Source: Lobosporangium transversale (lineage: Eukaryota). From it: a stretch of 64,000 nt of DNA. The notes below the pieces were generated by a model. The model worked only from the letters and a program-made list of their open reading frames with translations. It did not search any database and was not told the origin of the DNA. Positions 1 to 13,738 of the stretch are shown one piece after another. The stretch is taken from the NCBI RefSeq assembly GCF_002105155.1, contig NW_019028980.1, positions 620,001-684,000 on the forward strand, in the 5' to 3' direction. The position numbers and the translations under genes are program-made. Within the stretch, counting starts at the first letter, position 1, and the number at the start of each line of letters is the position of its first letter.

Positions 1-372
1 GGGTTCTCATCACCCTCTTCTAGTCTCCCAGTATTATCGATTTCGGGCCATCACAAGTCAGCTCCAGTTACTAGTCCTACAAGTAGTAGTAATTCTGTTA
101 CTTCAGTAGTAAGCTCTGGCACTTCTGGGGCATCGCCCTCGACAATGACGGCAAAACAAGATAAAAATGCAACCGTAATACCCCCACCAACTACCCATGT
201 TACGACACTATCATCGTCATCATCATTACCAACTTCATCTTCAGCAACCTCAATAGCCAAGCCAAAGCCCCATGTTAGGACTCCTATCCCACTTCCTCAT
301 AAGCCTATCCCACTTCCTCCGAAACCCAATGTTGCAGCAGGTTCAGGATCCATAAAGAAAAAGCACAAGTAA
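1..372 (+). CDS. 3' end of a Ser/Thr/Pro-rich low-complexity protein (partial, runs off window start)
   Basis: Frame 1 is open from base 1 through the 145..372 ORF to TAA at 370-372; followed by an AT-rich 3' region with AATAAA near 448. Confidence 0.55.
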   Translation, partial: GFSSPSSSLPVLSISGHHKSAPVTSPTSSSNSVTSVVSSGTSGASPSTMTAKQDKNATVIPPPTTHVTTLSSSSSLPTSSSATSIAKPKPHVRTPIPLPHKPIPLPPKPNVAAGSGSIKKKHK

Positions 373-555
373 AATAATACAATATATATATGTATATGTA
401 GTGTCCTATTATGTATTGTGTAATTTGGTTTGTTTTGGTAACCAACCAAATAAAAGTAAAAATAAAAAGCGGGCACTGGTATCTCTCCTTGATTTGTTTT
501 TATTTTTCTACCCTTGTTCTACATAGATCTAGGGATATTTCTCCATGATCCCTTT

Positions 556-2491
556 TTATGATGCCATGATTTCATTGTAAACGCGCTGATCCTGTTGCAT
601 TTTTTCTACGATCCTGAATTTGTTCTCGTAAAACCGCTGTAACTCTGGATTATGGATGGGTTCAATAATATCCAAGGCCTCTGTCAGTCGCGTCATGGCA
701 TCCCATAACATACCTTGCATGTTAGCCTCTGGTCCTCTCTGTTGGGATTCATAAGCGACAGCACCACAAACTGCAGCGCCCACGACTACAGCGGCATCCC
801 CTCCACTTCCTGGCAAAACTACGGGCATCTGCATGATATCAGCAAGGACCTTAACAAAGACCCTATTCATCGATAACCCTCCAGAGATGCAAATTGTCTC
901 AATAACATAGCCCGCTTTCCTTAGAGCGTCCAAAATCTGTCGTGTGCCCAAGGCCAGTGCCTGGACCGTAGCCAGATAAAGTGCAGCAAGACCATCAATG
1001 GTGTAATTGCTGTTCAAATCTAATCCAGAGATAAGGCCTCGCATGGTTTCATCTGCAAAAGGTGATCGGTTGCCATGATGATCCGGGGTCATATGAAGCC
1101 GCTTAGTGAGAAAGGCGATATCAGGTAGTGATTGCTTTTGTGCCAAAGATTCGAGATGTTGATTGAGGTATTCGTAGACGGACACTTCTTTCTGAAGACT
1201 GCCTGATAAGGCTTTGGCTTTTTCTAATGCCTCATTGTAAGCTGGATGCGATTTGGTGAGATGGTCAATTAACTGACCTGTAGAAGATTGCCCTCCTTCC
1301 GCAACCCACATGTCTGGTAACATGACTCCATGGAATGGACCCCATACTCCTAAAAATAAAATAAAAAAACTGGAATGTCAGTGAGATTATAGAGCCATTT
1401 CAAAAAAAAAAAAAAAAAAAAAAAAAAAAAGCCTCTGCTTTGACTTTTCAATTTTCGGTACCTGGAACAAAGATGGGCCTATCGCTCATGACGAGGTAAC
1501 AGGATGATGTTCCACAGATCGAAGAAATCCGCTTACTGGCTTCGTCAACAGTTGCTTGCCGCCCATTCAATTTTGCTCCCAGAGTACCAATAGCACCCGC
1601 ATAAGCATCAATAACGGCACCCCCAACAGCAGTCCCTGGAACCAGGCCTAGCTCCTTAGCTGCTTGTTCACTTAGCCCACCAATATGCTCGCCTGCAAAG
1701 TGGACTTGCTTGCCTCCAGAATTGCCAACACCACATAACTTCTGAAAGTCGTCATCTGCAATGTCGCCCAACCCAATTTGTTGCAAGAACTCCACGGGCC
1801 AGCCCTGATGAATTGCTTTATCCCCATCGTCACTACTCTTATTAGCACCAACTTCAGGGCCAGCTTTGTAGCACCATTTACAAACAACAGAGCATCGACT
1901 AGGGAGATAGTCGCCCGTCGCCTTCCAAGTTAAAAAGTCAGGCAAGTCAAACAATCGTCCAATGGATTGCCATTGTTCCTTGGACATATTGTCCTTGAGC
2001 CATAGAGTTTTGGGTAACTCCATCTCTAAACTCATGGTCCCACCAATATTTTTGAGAATCTCATGTTGAGTTTCCGTAATACGAATTGCCTGTTCTTTTG
2101 CACGATGATCACACCACATGATGATGTTTCGGCTATGGTCTTCAAAGTTAGAACTAGGGGAGATAGATACCGGACGCGCAGTCTCGGGCGTGCCTGAAGT
2201 ATAAGCTACTAAGGAACAAGTCGCATCAAACCCAATGCCTCTGACCTGTGAAGGATCAACTTTTGATGAAGCCAAGGCAGCTTTGACAGATGTACAGATT
2301 GATGTCCATATCTCTTCACTAGATTGTTCAAAATAGTCTGGTGCTGGACGAGAGGTTGAGAAGGGGGTGGAATGAATCGCAAGGAGACGACCTTCTGAAG
2401 TGATGAGGGCAGCTCTAGCTGAACCAGAGCCAACGTCCACTCCAAGAAAGACGGTATTATTACTGTTACTTCTGTTGCTGGTCGATTGCAT
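556..2491 (-). CDS. FGGY: FGGY-family carbohydrate (pentulose/D-ribulose) kinase, 2 exons
   Basis: Motifs GVDVGSGSARA, GIGFDATCSLV, IMWCDHRA, GTSSC, EGGQS.TG, HGNRSP. GT-AG intron 1461..1350 joins FVPG to VWGPF in frame. Confidence 0.93.
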
Positions 2492-2666
2492 CTTCCTTCC
2501 AAGTGACCTAACCTGAGACGCGTGATGTGTATGCGTGTTTATTAAACAAGAGCTTTAAACAGAAGCAAGGCAAAAAGGGGTTTCTGCATTACTGCACTCC
2601 CTGACGTGACTTGTTGCCATAAGTGGAGGAATGAATGAATGTCTAGGACTAGAAAAAAAACCAGCT

Positions 2667-2670
<4 letters not shown>

Positions 2671-2708
<38 letters not shown>
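2671..2708. repeat. (TC)n microsatellite in the short divergent intergenic region between FGGY and FAR11
   Basis: Direct reading of the TC run. Confidence 0.9.
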
Positions 2709-2710
<2 letters not shown>

Positions 2711-2766
2711 TACAGGAACAAAGCACAATCAATTCACACTATTCCCTTGTCAATTCTTTAACGAAC

Positions 2767-5700
2767 ATGGCAGACAATCCAGCGCAAGATTCAATCACTA
2801 TGGCTCAGCTGAAGCAGTTCGTGAGCACACTGCCCTCAAAGCAGAAGGTTAGACTCACGTACCTCCTATCATCTTAAGGCATTGGTAAACTGTAGTGTTC
2901 AACAAAGGTTTACTGAGCTTTTTTCTATTTCTTTTTCACTTTTATTATAATAACAAGCTTGAACCAGTGCATTTTCACTACGCGGACATGGACACACCTT
3001 CGGCTGAGATTGACGAGTTTTATGGCTACACAGAAATTCAACAGTTTCTTGAAAATCAAGAAAACTTTCTGAAAAATTACGATGGAGGTAAAAAGAATAT
3101 AAAGAGTACAATTGAATAAGGAAGAGACGTCGTAGAAGAGAAGAAACCTCTATGTAATTGTATATGGCTTGACAGAGAAATCCTTTATCCTGCTCGCTAG
3201 TCTGGCAAAAGAGCTCTGTGTCTGAAAGAGAGGCCTACGCAGAATATTTGCTGGATTTTTTGGATCAAAAAGATGATGCTAGTCGACTTTCCGTTGCTCA
3301 ACAGCTGATCTACATCTCTCAAGGTAATCATAAAAATCTTGTTAAAGAAAAAGAAAAGGAAGAAAAAAATCCTAACAGGTCATTGCTTTTTTTCTTGGTT
3401 CTTATGTTAGGGGCCTATTCTGGCGTGGCAAATGAAGATGACCACAGGGACTGGATCATCAAAAACAACCAAATGTTACGGAAGCTCGGCGCATTTCAAA
3501 TCTACTACGACGCACTCAGGATTGCATGCTCCAAGTAAATGGAACAGGTTAATAATGAAATTTATCCACAAAGCAAAGTTTTAATAACCGAGGAGTGGAC
3601 GCTGAGTGGCTGTGTTTCTTGCTTTCTGCCATCTTAGATTGGCGAACGATCCAGGGATTGTTGTTGAAATTGAAGCATTGGTTACACTACTTTACATGCT
3701 TGTGGTGTCGCATGAGGAAGATTCAGAGTTTATGGGCGAATTAGGTAAGGTTATAAGTAGTCTCCATAATTCATATCATTCTATTATGAAAGCTATAATA
3801 AAAGACTCTAACCAAACAAGATGGTCTTTTGGTTTTACTGACTCCATCCAACCTTTCTAGCAACTACAAATCCCTCCATAACCGTGTTCTTATACGACCA
3901 GATATGTGTCCGCCCTGCAAAAGATCAATATTACCCACTAAAAAAGGTAAAGTGGGTGAACCAGTCGTCTTGAAGGGATTGAGAAATGAAAGAAGACATA
4001 CACTAATGCATATGTAGGTTTTGTGCAATATCGTTTCAGATGCTTCTGCTTCTTTGGAAAGTTCTACGAACTACCCTTGGAGGAACTGATGATTTCCCAA
4101 TGCTAAAGAGCGCTGCTCGCAGGATGATGGGCTACCCACCTATACTTGCTAGCAGTATAATAGCTCAAAAGTCTGATCCACTCGATTATCTGGAGTACCA
4201 GTCCGAAATGAGCCAAAAGTACCCAGCCTATATACCCACAACTACTTCTCGCTGCGGTAGCTGCCCTTCACTCCCCATTTCGACAATTGCTAATGTTTTG
4301 CAGGCAAAAACATTGACTGGCGTCGCAGGAGGAGGCGCCAATATCACTAGCTCTCAAACTACAAAGACTGGAGGATTAGGAACAGGATCTACAGGGAAAT
4401 CAGGGAAAGGAATAGGGAACGGTCCTGGTGGAGCAAATGGAACGCAACCCTTTATATTTCCATCTTCGTCCATGAGAAGCTCGACTCCGAAATCAATTAT
4501 AGAAGCAGAGGAGCTATTCAAAAGAAACATGTACATTTCCACTGCAACCTTGCAGATATATCACGAAAAGAAATTAATGACAGATAGACGATATAGATCT
4601 GCGAACGATGCAGAAGACCAGGATTCAGGGAGAGCGCTAGAGTACAGACAACCAGCTTCCGTTCGAAACAAGCCCAGGCGAAGAAGCTTGATGCGCAAAT
4701 CGAATGGAAACGGTAACCAGGGCGATGATGAAGCTGAAGATGCTAGTAATGAGGAAGAGGAGGCATCAGATGATGATGGCTATCCAAAGCCGAGTATCAA
4801 GTTGGATGACGCGGGCAATAACATCCAGCCTGTGAGCGACAAAGAGAGGGAACGTATCGAGCGCATCGAGCACATCTACGTAAGTTTTTGATCTCAAGGA
4901 GTTTTCATGTTCTGTTTTGACTGGGTACCAAACAATTTGGGAATTTTTTGACAAATGGCCAAACCGCTCGTTCTATTAGAGAGAAATTGTACCAAGGATG
5001 GCTCAGATCCAGGTTACATTGTTAAAGACGCTACTGGTATGCATCAAAATAAGTGGGGCATCCTCGGGCAGGGAAGCATCGTCTGCTGCAGAGACAGAGG
5101 GCAAGGAGCCTACTGATTCATTCACCAGAGTCAACGACATTCGCGAACACGAAATCATGGCCAAAGCTGTCTCAAGCATTCTCCTTCTTCAGCTTCAACA
5201 TTTCAAGATTTATCATGTTTTGGCTTTTAATTATGTTTGTCAACTTTTGGTTGATTCGAATTGTTTGCTTTTATTGCTCAAGATTTTCGGAAACGCCGAA
5301 AATCCAGGAAATATTCATACAAAAAATGAGCTTGAAGAGTACAACTTTTTCAAGTATTGCTCCATCCTTCGGGAGACTACTTCATCATCGGTGTCAAACC
5401 CCGAGCAGGCTCGAACGGCGATACTTATGGCAGCGGTTTCCGACATTGGGGACCCTTTACCAGTTAACTATGTTTGTAGACGTAACATGTTTGCAATCAT
5501 CAACTTGCTACGCGTGTTACAAAAATTGACCAAGAACAAGACGCATCGGATCTTGCTCTTGGTCCAGTACAAATCCTCGGCCATTCTGAAGCGTTTGTTG
5601 AAAATCAATCATCCAGATCTTCAGAAATACGTATACAAAGCACTGAAGAGCCAAGTGCCATTCTTAGGTCGTAAATGGCGGTCATCTCATATGAAAGTCA

Positions 5701-6800
5701 TTACAGGAATTTACATCTACTGTCGTTCGAATCTAAGGGACGATTGGATTTCGGGCGCGGATGTGGAAAAGGATTTGGAGGATGCGCTTCCTGCGGAACA
5801 GCAGCTGCGGAATATGATTCGGCATTACCACGACCGCTTGCATCCAAATGCATTGGTACCTGACCCAGGAGCACAGGCAAAGAACGGCAAGAATAACAAC
5901 GGAAGCAGTCAGTATTCCGGACCCAAGTATGACTGGCAGGAGATTTACGAGGCACATGCGTCTATCCCAGATGCAGGAGCTATTGACCACTGTACCAGCA
6001 ATGGGTCGAGATCAGATGGCGAGGATAGCGTCAAGAGTGGACATAGCAGCCGAAGTAATAGCACCAGCGCGTCTTCGTTAGGTTCAGAGCGGAAACGAGA
6101 TCTGACCATGAGTGACATTGAGCTGGATGCTGGATTTGAAGAAAATTATGAAGAATGGCTCGAGGCAGAAGTCTTTGGCAAGAAGAATACGCCAAGTTTG
6201 TTGGAACCACCCAACTTCAAGTATAGCGATTATTATGATGATAAAACTGATATTCCGTTCCTCAGCAAACCTGGAGATGGATCAGGCTGGGATACCCCTG
6301 CAGTAATGCCTTCGGATGACGAGGATTTTTATGGAAGTGCTTTCAGCTTTAGGAAATGGGAGGATGAAGAGCTCTTCAAGCAAATCGACTGGACACCCAA
6401 CTTGTACGGGATGGATGCCTCAACAGAGCAGCAGTATTATCTGGATCATGTCTCAGATTTCTCTCAGAGCGAAATCTATTACAACTATGATTATAAATAT
6501 GGTTATGAGGACGGTGGAGTGGATGCAGACACTGGCGTTGACATTGCAACAAGTCAAGGAACAGAGGGCTCGGGTGGCAGCAATAGTGTTGGTAGAAATA
6601 GTGTGGGTAGAAAAGGACTAGGGATGCGACGCCGCTCACAGTCGTTGCGAGTTCGAAAGTCAGAGGTTGGTGATACAGAATGGATTGATGATGATGCCCA
6701 AGAGGAGGTTATGCATGCCTATGGCCCATCACCTGCGACTCACATGTTAGATCAGCCTGATCCTGACTTTACTGATGCGTATGATCCATACGAGCCATGA
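2767..6800 (+). CDS. FAR11: Far11/STRIP1-2 family protein (N1221-like + DUF3402 domains), STRIPAK subunit, about 8 exons
   Basis: ATG at 2767 (MADNPAQDSITMAQLK). Spliced exons give F.YAD.D....EIDEFYGY, LLLLWK, REHEIMAKAVS.ILL, LLVQYKSSAILKR, KSQVPFLGRKWR..HMKVITGIY, all typical of Far11/STRIP. Confidence 0.88.
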
Positions 6801-6975
6801 TACTCCACCCCTCGCCAATTGATTAAGATAAAAATAACAATAAAAAAACACTAGCCATCGGATAAGAACATAGGATCAAGGTTGGAAAATATAACAATCT
6901 GATTAATGTACAATGCTGTGGCCATACAGATATTATATTGTGCTTCACAACGGCTATTATAGTTTCTCCATTCCT

Positions 6976-8051
6976 TCATGCACTCTTTTCTTTACTGAAA
7001 GTGTGCGTAGTTATCACAACATCTTCCGGAAGCTTTGGGGCCTTCTTCCTTCTGTTTGCTCCTCCAACAGCTGATGAAGCATGCCGCGAGTATAAATATG
7101 CTTCACAGGCCACAATCAATATGAACGCTGCGAATGCCAATAAAACACGCTTTGTAAACGAGAAAGAAAAAAAAAATGTAAGTAACAGCTACCAAGTTCA
7201 GACAAAATAAATAGACAAGTTGAGGTAGTATATTACTAGATGGAAGAAGCCCCTTACCATTCCCAGGTCCTCAGTAAAGTGCGCCGATATCATGAAGACT
7301 GCTGTGAAGACTGCAGCACCCGTGTAGAGAACATTTACAATCCCGATAGCATGTGCCTTGATGTCCTTCATATCCTTGATGTCTTGCCGAATATTGTTGG
7401 CGATAGAGGTGGACGATGTAGGGTCAACGCAAGAGATCATGCGTTGGTACTCTTTCTCAGCCGCCTGAGCTCTGAAAGTGTCCATAAGTCGCTCTAACTC
7501 AGGAGTCTTGTGGATATAAACGAAAAGATGATTGATAAGTCTTTAAAGAGGTGCAAACTCTGGATGAGTTCCAGTAGTATCCTGGAATGCTTTTTTTTCT
7601 ATGCTCACAGCCATACCCGCTCTCTAGGCGCTGCCTTGGGAACATATATGGAGCTCCCTTTGATCATGGTATGGATCCAATCCTCTGATGCCTCTATTTT
7701 ATTTGCCAAAACAAAAGAAACAAATCAGCTTCAAAATAAGCCAAAAAAAAAGAAAAAAAAAAAAAAAGTCCATTTGTTTGTAGCCTAACCTTTCTCTGTG
7801 TCTGTATCGTTGTCTCTATACTTCAAGAGTAGCGCAGAAACTCTCCTAACCAGTTCCAAATCAACGTATAGCGGCGACTGTGTTTTTGCGTTATCTAAAA
7901 TGGATTCTACAGCCTTGACTGTCTTGAGTTCCGCACTATTCAATGTTATTCCTGATTCCCTCTCTTCTATTACTGCTGCTGCTGACTTTGTCTTGGTATA
8001 GAGCTTCGTAAAAGCCTTGTCAAGGCGTGGTGTCCATTCTAAATTCACCAT
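6976..8051 (-). CDS. VMA12: Vma12/TMEM199-like ER V-ATPase assembly factor, multi-exon
   Basis: EKEYQRMI motif, then two hydrophobic segments (IVNVLYTGAAVFTAVFMI; VLLAFAAFILIVACEAYLY). Spliced C-terminus ends ...SKEKSA*, a KxKxx ER-retrieval-like signal; stop at 6976-6978. Confidence 0.75.
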
Positions 8052-8919
8052 TTTCTCTTAGCAGTTGCTTTTGGCTTTTTTTTTTGCTGTGAATGAAGAA
8101 CTCAAGTCAGGCGGAGCACCCATGCCTATTTAATCTTCGATTTTGTGGCATCATGTGATTAAGCGATGACTGCAGTCACCTCACAAAGGTGAGGAATTTT
8201 ATTTCATAATCTCGCCACTATGAAACAAGCGAAACTCTCAAAGTTCGCACGGTATGGCTGTGAAGAGCCAATTCGTATCCATGTTTTTCTCTACCAATGT
8301 ACACCGTGATCGGTACTCGAAGTCCATCCTTCCGATGTGGCCTGTTGCGCCCGTGAAAAGCCGCGGAGGCTGGCGTGCCGACTCTAGCTTAGGACGACTT
8401 TAATTTTTTTCTATTCGATCAAATCCACTGGCATGTGGACCCAAATCTTGCGGGATTGTCTGAAATTTCTACTTTGGACTCCGTCAAACTTTTTGTGATC
8501 ATCGCTGTCCTAGTCAAGTGGAAAGGTAGGAAGAAAAAAAATTTAACCTCACGTGAGACTTCACAGTGTCTATTCTTAAAGCTTGTTTTGATATGTCAGC
8601 GAATGGATCATGGAAATATAACAGCCATTGGATCAGGATGTGTCATGCAGGAGATGTGGGTAGTGTAGAAATCTCATTGGTCCTTTGTCAAACAGGGATC
8701 ACAAAAAGATCACGCCATCCACTTCCCCAGAAGGACGAATGAGGATTCACGAAGCAAATGAAGAAGATTAAGGTCAAAAGGAATGAAGATTGGAATCTTC
8801 AAACGCTCACTCATTCCTTCATTCCTCAGTTTTCACTTTGCTACTCAAACACCTTCTTGCAGAGACACATACTCATTACTTACTTTCCTTATAACAGCCA
8901 TCAGCAGACAATTATCAAT

Positions 8920-11900
8920 ATGCCTTCTAACAATTCTCCCTCAACAGAAGGCAGACATCTTGGAGGTCTTAGTGAGACAAACTGAAGACTTAAATAGTTC
9001 TATTGAACATATGGAGGAGGTCAGAAATGGCTTATCTTCAAGCGAGGACATTTCGATTGATAGATCGAGTGTGTCTGAAGCAGATAGTCACCGTATAACG
9101 GTGAAATGGGATCCTGCTAATCCCGAACATGACGCACTTCACCGAATCTTCAAAGAAGGGAACATTCCCTTGATGGAAGATTCAGAAGAGGTAGACTATA
9201 CCAAGGTCAAGAAGAAAACGTTCGCGGATGCGCCTATGCTTGATTTAGACGTGTCCAAGGTTCCCGGCAAGAATATGGTCAAGGAAATAGTAATCAGGAT
9301 TGTCACTTTCCGTGATGACTTTGAGAGGATATTCCGTCGTAATCTTTCTGATGTTCTTTTCGACAAACTAGCATGGGATTACTTATCCCTCTGCATTTCC
9401 AAAGTGTCCGGCCTGGTGCGCGAGACTATGACGACCTCATCAAGAAAGTGCCTCTTCAAGACAGGACCTGGTCTCGGGCAGTTACATGCTTGAACAAAGC
9501 TCTACATTCTAGGGGCTTACATCGCTGATATGGCGCTAGTTATGAGGCCTGAGAAGAATGACACCATTAGGTCGTTCGCACAACGATTGCTACCTCTGGT
9601 TGAGGCAGCTGGAATCCCAGATGATGGCTGCTATATGCTCATCAAAGCTTTATGCAATCATCTGTCCGACGTAGGATTTCAAGCTGTCATCAAGGAATTC
9701 GGCTCAGTGAAAAGTGTTAGCTCTTTGAAGGAGTTTCTAGAGTTCCTAGAAAAGACACCAGGTGCCTTAGGTGAGAAACGAACCGATGACGCCCATTGGT
9801 TTATCCAGAAGTATGGAGGAGACGCTGGAGAACAGTATTTGCGATCCATCAAGTCCAGATCGGAATACACTCCTAGAGAGGTTCAGAGATCTAGTCATAA
9901 AAGATCTCGACCTAATGCCAATCCGTCAAGTGATAGAGAAGCCAAGAAGGCTAAACCATTCAAGGTCTGGTGTAAGGGAACGGAGAAGTGTAGGTCAAAT
10001 CCGTACAAACATGCCCCGGAGGACTGTCGCTATGCTAAGGATCAAGTCAGAGAGTATTCTAAGGATAAGCCCAAGGACGTCAAGAGAACTGATGTGCGCA
10101 AGCCGCTTGTCTCAGTCAGTGCTTTTAAGAGGATTAGTGATAATGCGCTCATAAGAGACATAATTCCGAATAAAGAATCCTTCTTTTCCTCGTACTCAAT
10201 TGTTGAGAAAGCTTGTATCAAGCACCTAGGGGCTTTCAAAGGTCCTGCTCCTGGTGATAACAGAATAGCTGTGCCTATATTTATAAATGGGCAACAATAT
10301 ACAGCATTGTTAGATCCAGGCGCCACAACTTCTTTGCTCAGTAAGGAAATAGCCATAGAGCAAGGAAGTAGCCATAGAGCAAGGAAGTAGCCATAGAGCA
10401 AGGAAGTAGCCATAAAGCAAGGAAGTAGCCATAGAGCAAGGTATTCGCTATGGTCGAGTACCAGGAGAATCTATAGCAATGATAGAAAAAGGGACTAGCA
10501 CGGATAATGCCATTACTTGTGAAAGTCCAACTGGTCTGCAACAATAGATCTGGAGAATATCAATTGTCGGTCATGGACATTGAGTATTATGACTTCGTGT
10601 TGGGAATGGATCTCTTCGCTAGACTCGGCTTTTCCATCACGGGAATAGCCATGCCGGAGATACGAGAGGAGGAATCCCTATGGGTCCCATATGATGAAAA
10701 ACCTCAAGTCATTCCGTCACAAACTTCAGAAAGAGAAAACAATGCTGAATTCAAAGCATTGAAAGAAAAGTTCCTGTTAGCACTGGAGCCTTATTTACAG
10801 GCGAATGAAGCCATCTCGCCAAATTCATTTTGCAATCTTGATACAATGAAGGTCCAGCTAAAGGTTAAACCCACCTGTATCATCCAGGAAAGATCTCGCC
10901 CATTCCATTCGCAAATTGAAAAAGAAGAAGTGGAAAAGACCATCCCGAAGTGGCAAGAAACGGGTGTTATCGTTCCAGCACCTAAGGGGTGTCCGTATAA
11001 TAACTCCCTGACAATGGCAGCACGCCGTGACCTGGATGGTAATATTCTGAAATATAGAGTATGCCTTGATCCAAGAACGTTGAATCGTCAACTAGAGGAT
11101 ACTGATGTCTTCCCTCTACCATTAATCACTGATATCCAACAGAGGGTAGCAGGGCATCTGTATTTCACCGCAATTGATCTGTCTCAGGCGTATCATCGCA
11201 TGCCTGTAGAGAAATCAAGCCAACCACTAACTGCATTTACGTACGGTGGTAGCAATATATGTTTGCTAGAGCACCTTTTGGTTTAAAACCCCTCACGAGT
11301 ATCTTCCAAAGAGGAATGTCACAACTCTTAGATGATCTGCACTTTGCTGACAATTATGTGGATGACATTATTGTCTATTCGCACACAGCAGAGGATCATA
11401 TTCTTCATGTCAGCATTGTCATAGAAAGGCTTACAGCTGCAAAGTTGATAATCAATAGAGAAAAGAGTAAATTCCTTAGTACAGAAGTGCTACTACTGAG
11501 GTTCATAATCAACAAAGAAGGCCGCAAAATAGATATCAACAAGGTTGCTAATGTGCATTCATGGACACCACCTACCAATAAGAAGATGGTTCAACGCTAT
11601 TTAGGCCTCTTCAATTATTTTAGGGAGTATATACCCTTGTACAGCACGCTCACAGCACCTCTAGATGCCCTGCGCAATGCCAAAGGCACTTTTGATCTTA
11701 ATAAGGAGCAAATGCGAAGCTTTAACAGCATCAGATCACTTATAGCCCAAGCTCCAGCCTTATCGTTCCCTAATTTCACTCCACAGATGCCTCTAACTTA
11801 GGCATAGGAGCTGTCCTATATCAGCTACCAGGTGGCAAGGAAGATGAAATCAAGATCAACTACATATCCTTTCAAGCCAGAGCATTGCATAAGCATGAGA

Positions 11901-13738
11901 AAAATTACCCAGCTTACAAGAAGGAACTCTTAGCAATTATTTTTGCACTAATGAAATTTCACCATTACCTTTGGGGAAGAAGATTTACATTATATACTGA
12001 TCACAGACCTCTGACGTATATTCATGAGCAGAAGGAGGGAGTTGCCACAAATAATCCTGAATTGGAAGGCCACTCTGCTCAACTATGATTTTGAATGTAT
12101 TTATCGTCCAGGCCTGCTGAACATTATTCCAGACGCATTATCTCGCGCATTTCCTGAGGAATTGTGGAAGTCTCCTAAAGAAGAACAAGTTACATGTTCT
12201 ACGAGTCGGCAGATTGCTTCTATGAGGCGAGAAACAGAGACTACCGAGAATGTTCAGGCAGCTCCACAGTCATCTGATTCGCAGCAGCTGCCTTCCACTC
12301 TACACGTTATTGATATAACTGCTCCTTACTCTCATCAACTTCAGTTGGAGGATGCTTCTAGAAAAATCATCCAAGATCCTGAAGGAAAGCTTCAGCATCT
12401 TCGCCTAGCACACGAATTCGGTCATCCTGGAGGAAATGCCATGGTTACTGCTACCCATGCTAAAGACTTTACTTGGCCTAAATTGAGAGATGGTTGTCTC
12501 AAATGGGTTAGCCAATGTGGACCATGCCAAAGATTCAACATAGCTAGAAAGGGGTATCATCCTTTAACTGCCATACATGCCAGACTCCCAGGGGAACACA
12601 TAGCATTCGATTTAGCCTCATTTGAAACCAGTTCCAGAGGTAATAACTACGCTTTAGTGGTGGCTGATATCTGCACAAGATTTGTATTCCTGGAGCCTCT
12701 GCCTGATAAGGAAGCCATTACGGTGGGCAGCACCCTCTTCAAGCTATTCTTCTCTATTGGATTCCCTAAAATTATCCAAACTGATAATGGCACTGAATTC
12801 GTCAATGGAGTGTCACGTCTCATAACGCAAAGTTGCAAATAGAGCATAGACTCTCCACGTCATATCGTCCATGCTCGAATGGTGTAGCGGAGAGGTTTGC
12901 CCGCACATTTAAGAACATCCTCAGAAAACAACTCGAAGGCATACAGGATGATTGGGACATCCATCTTCCAATGGTTCAGCTCCAAATGAATACTAGAGTC
13001 GCGAGTCTGCATCATTCAACGCCATTCTCATTATTCTATGGACGCTCATTTGCAGGACTAACGGATTTTTCCTCAGCCGAGTCACATCTCCTGTCTGAAG
13101 AAGAATTACAGAACAGATTGGAATATCTCACCGCGTTAGTTTTCCCTGCTATCGATGATAAGAGTTCTGACACGCAAAAGAGAATGGTGGAGAAATTCAA
13201 CAGGACACATAAAATCCTTCAGTTCCCACCTGGAGCGTTTGTCATGGCGAAAGAAGAATTGCCCAATGGTAAATTAGCACCTAAATACCAAGGCCCATAC
13301 AAAGTAGTGGCTCGTACCGAAAATGGTGCCTACACTCTGCTAGACGCTACCAACCAGAAATTGGCTCGTAATTATGCTCCGAGCCAGCTCAAAATGGTCA
13401 CTCAAGCTCTTGATGCTCCCAGTGAAGAGTCGTATGAAATAGAGTCTATCGTTGACCACGAACTCACGGGAAAAGGAATGATGTATACTGTAAAGTGGAA
13501 GGGCTATGACTCCTCATACAACGAGCAAATTCCCTATGAGAATTTTGACTCGGACATCATCATTCGTCAATATTGGAAGAACCTAAGACAGCAAAATCCT
13601 CATATTAATGACAGAAAGAGGAAGAAGCAGCAAAAGAATAACGCATCAGAGTCAACAAGACTTCTTAAGAGGAAGCAGAGACAACTCACCCATAACCAGA
13701 CCAAACGGCACAAGCGTCATGTAGCGGCAAAGCTGTAA
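8920..13738 (+). pseudogene. gag-pol polyprotein broken by multiple frameshifts and stops
   Basis: Zn-knuckle-like CKGTEKCRSNPYKHAPEDC; protease LLDPGATTS; RT YRVCLDPRTLN, IDLSQAYH, PFGL, YVDD; RNase H TDASNLGIGA, ELLAI, YTDH; integrase HEFGH..CGPC, TDNGTEF, GVAER, GPY; chromodomain YEIESIVDH...YTVKWKGY. Split across at least 7 ORFs. Confidence 0.92.
10343..10441 (+). repeat. 19-bp tandem repeat, about 5.2 copies (AAGGAAGTAGCCATAGAGC), inside the protease domain
   Basis: Units start at 10343, 10362, 10381, 10400 and 10419, with a partial unit at 10438. Confidence 0.95.

Noticed and set aside
8641..8675. TGTCATG...GGGTAGTGTA..AAAT as a diverged 5' LTR start
   Set aside because: Only weak, short similarity to 14260 onward; it does not extend.
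10343..10441. 19-bp repeats as CRISPR or a programmed frameshift signal
   Set aside because: Head-to-tail with no spacers, and they disrupt the protease mid-domain.
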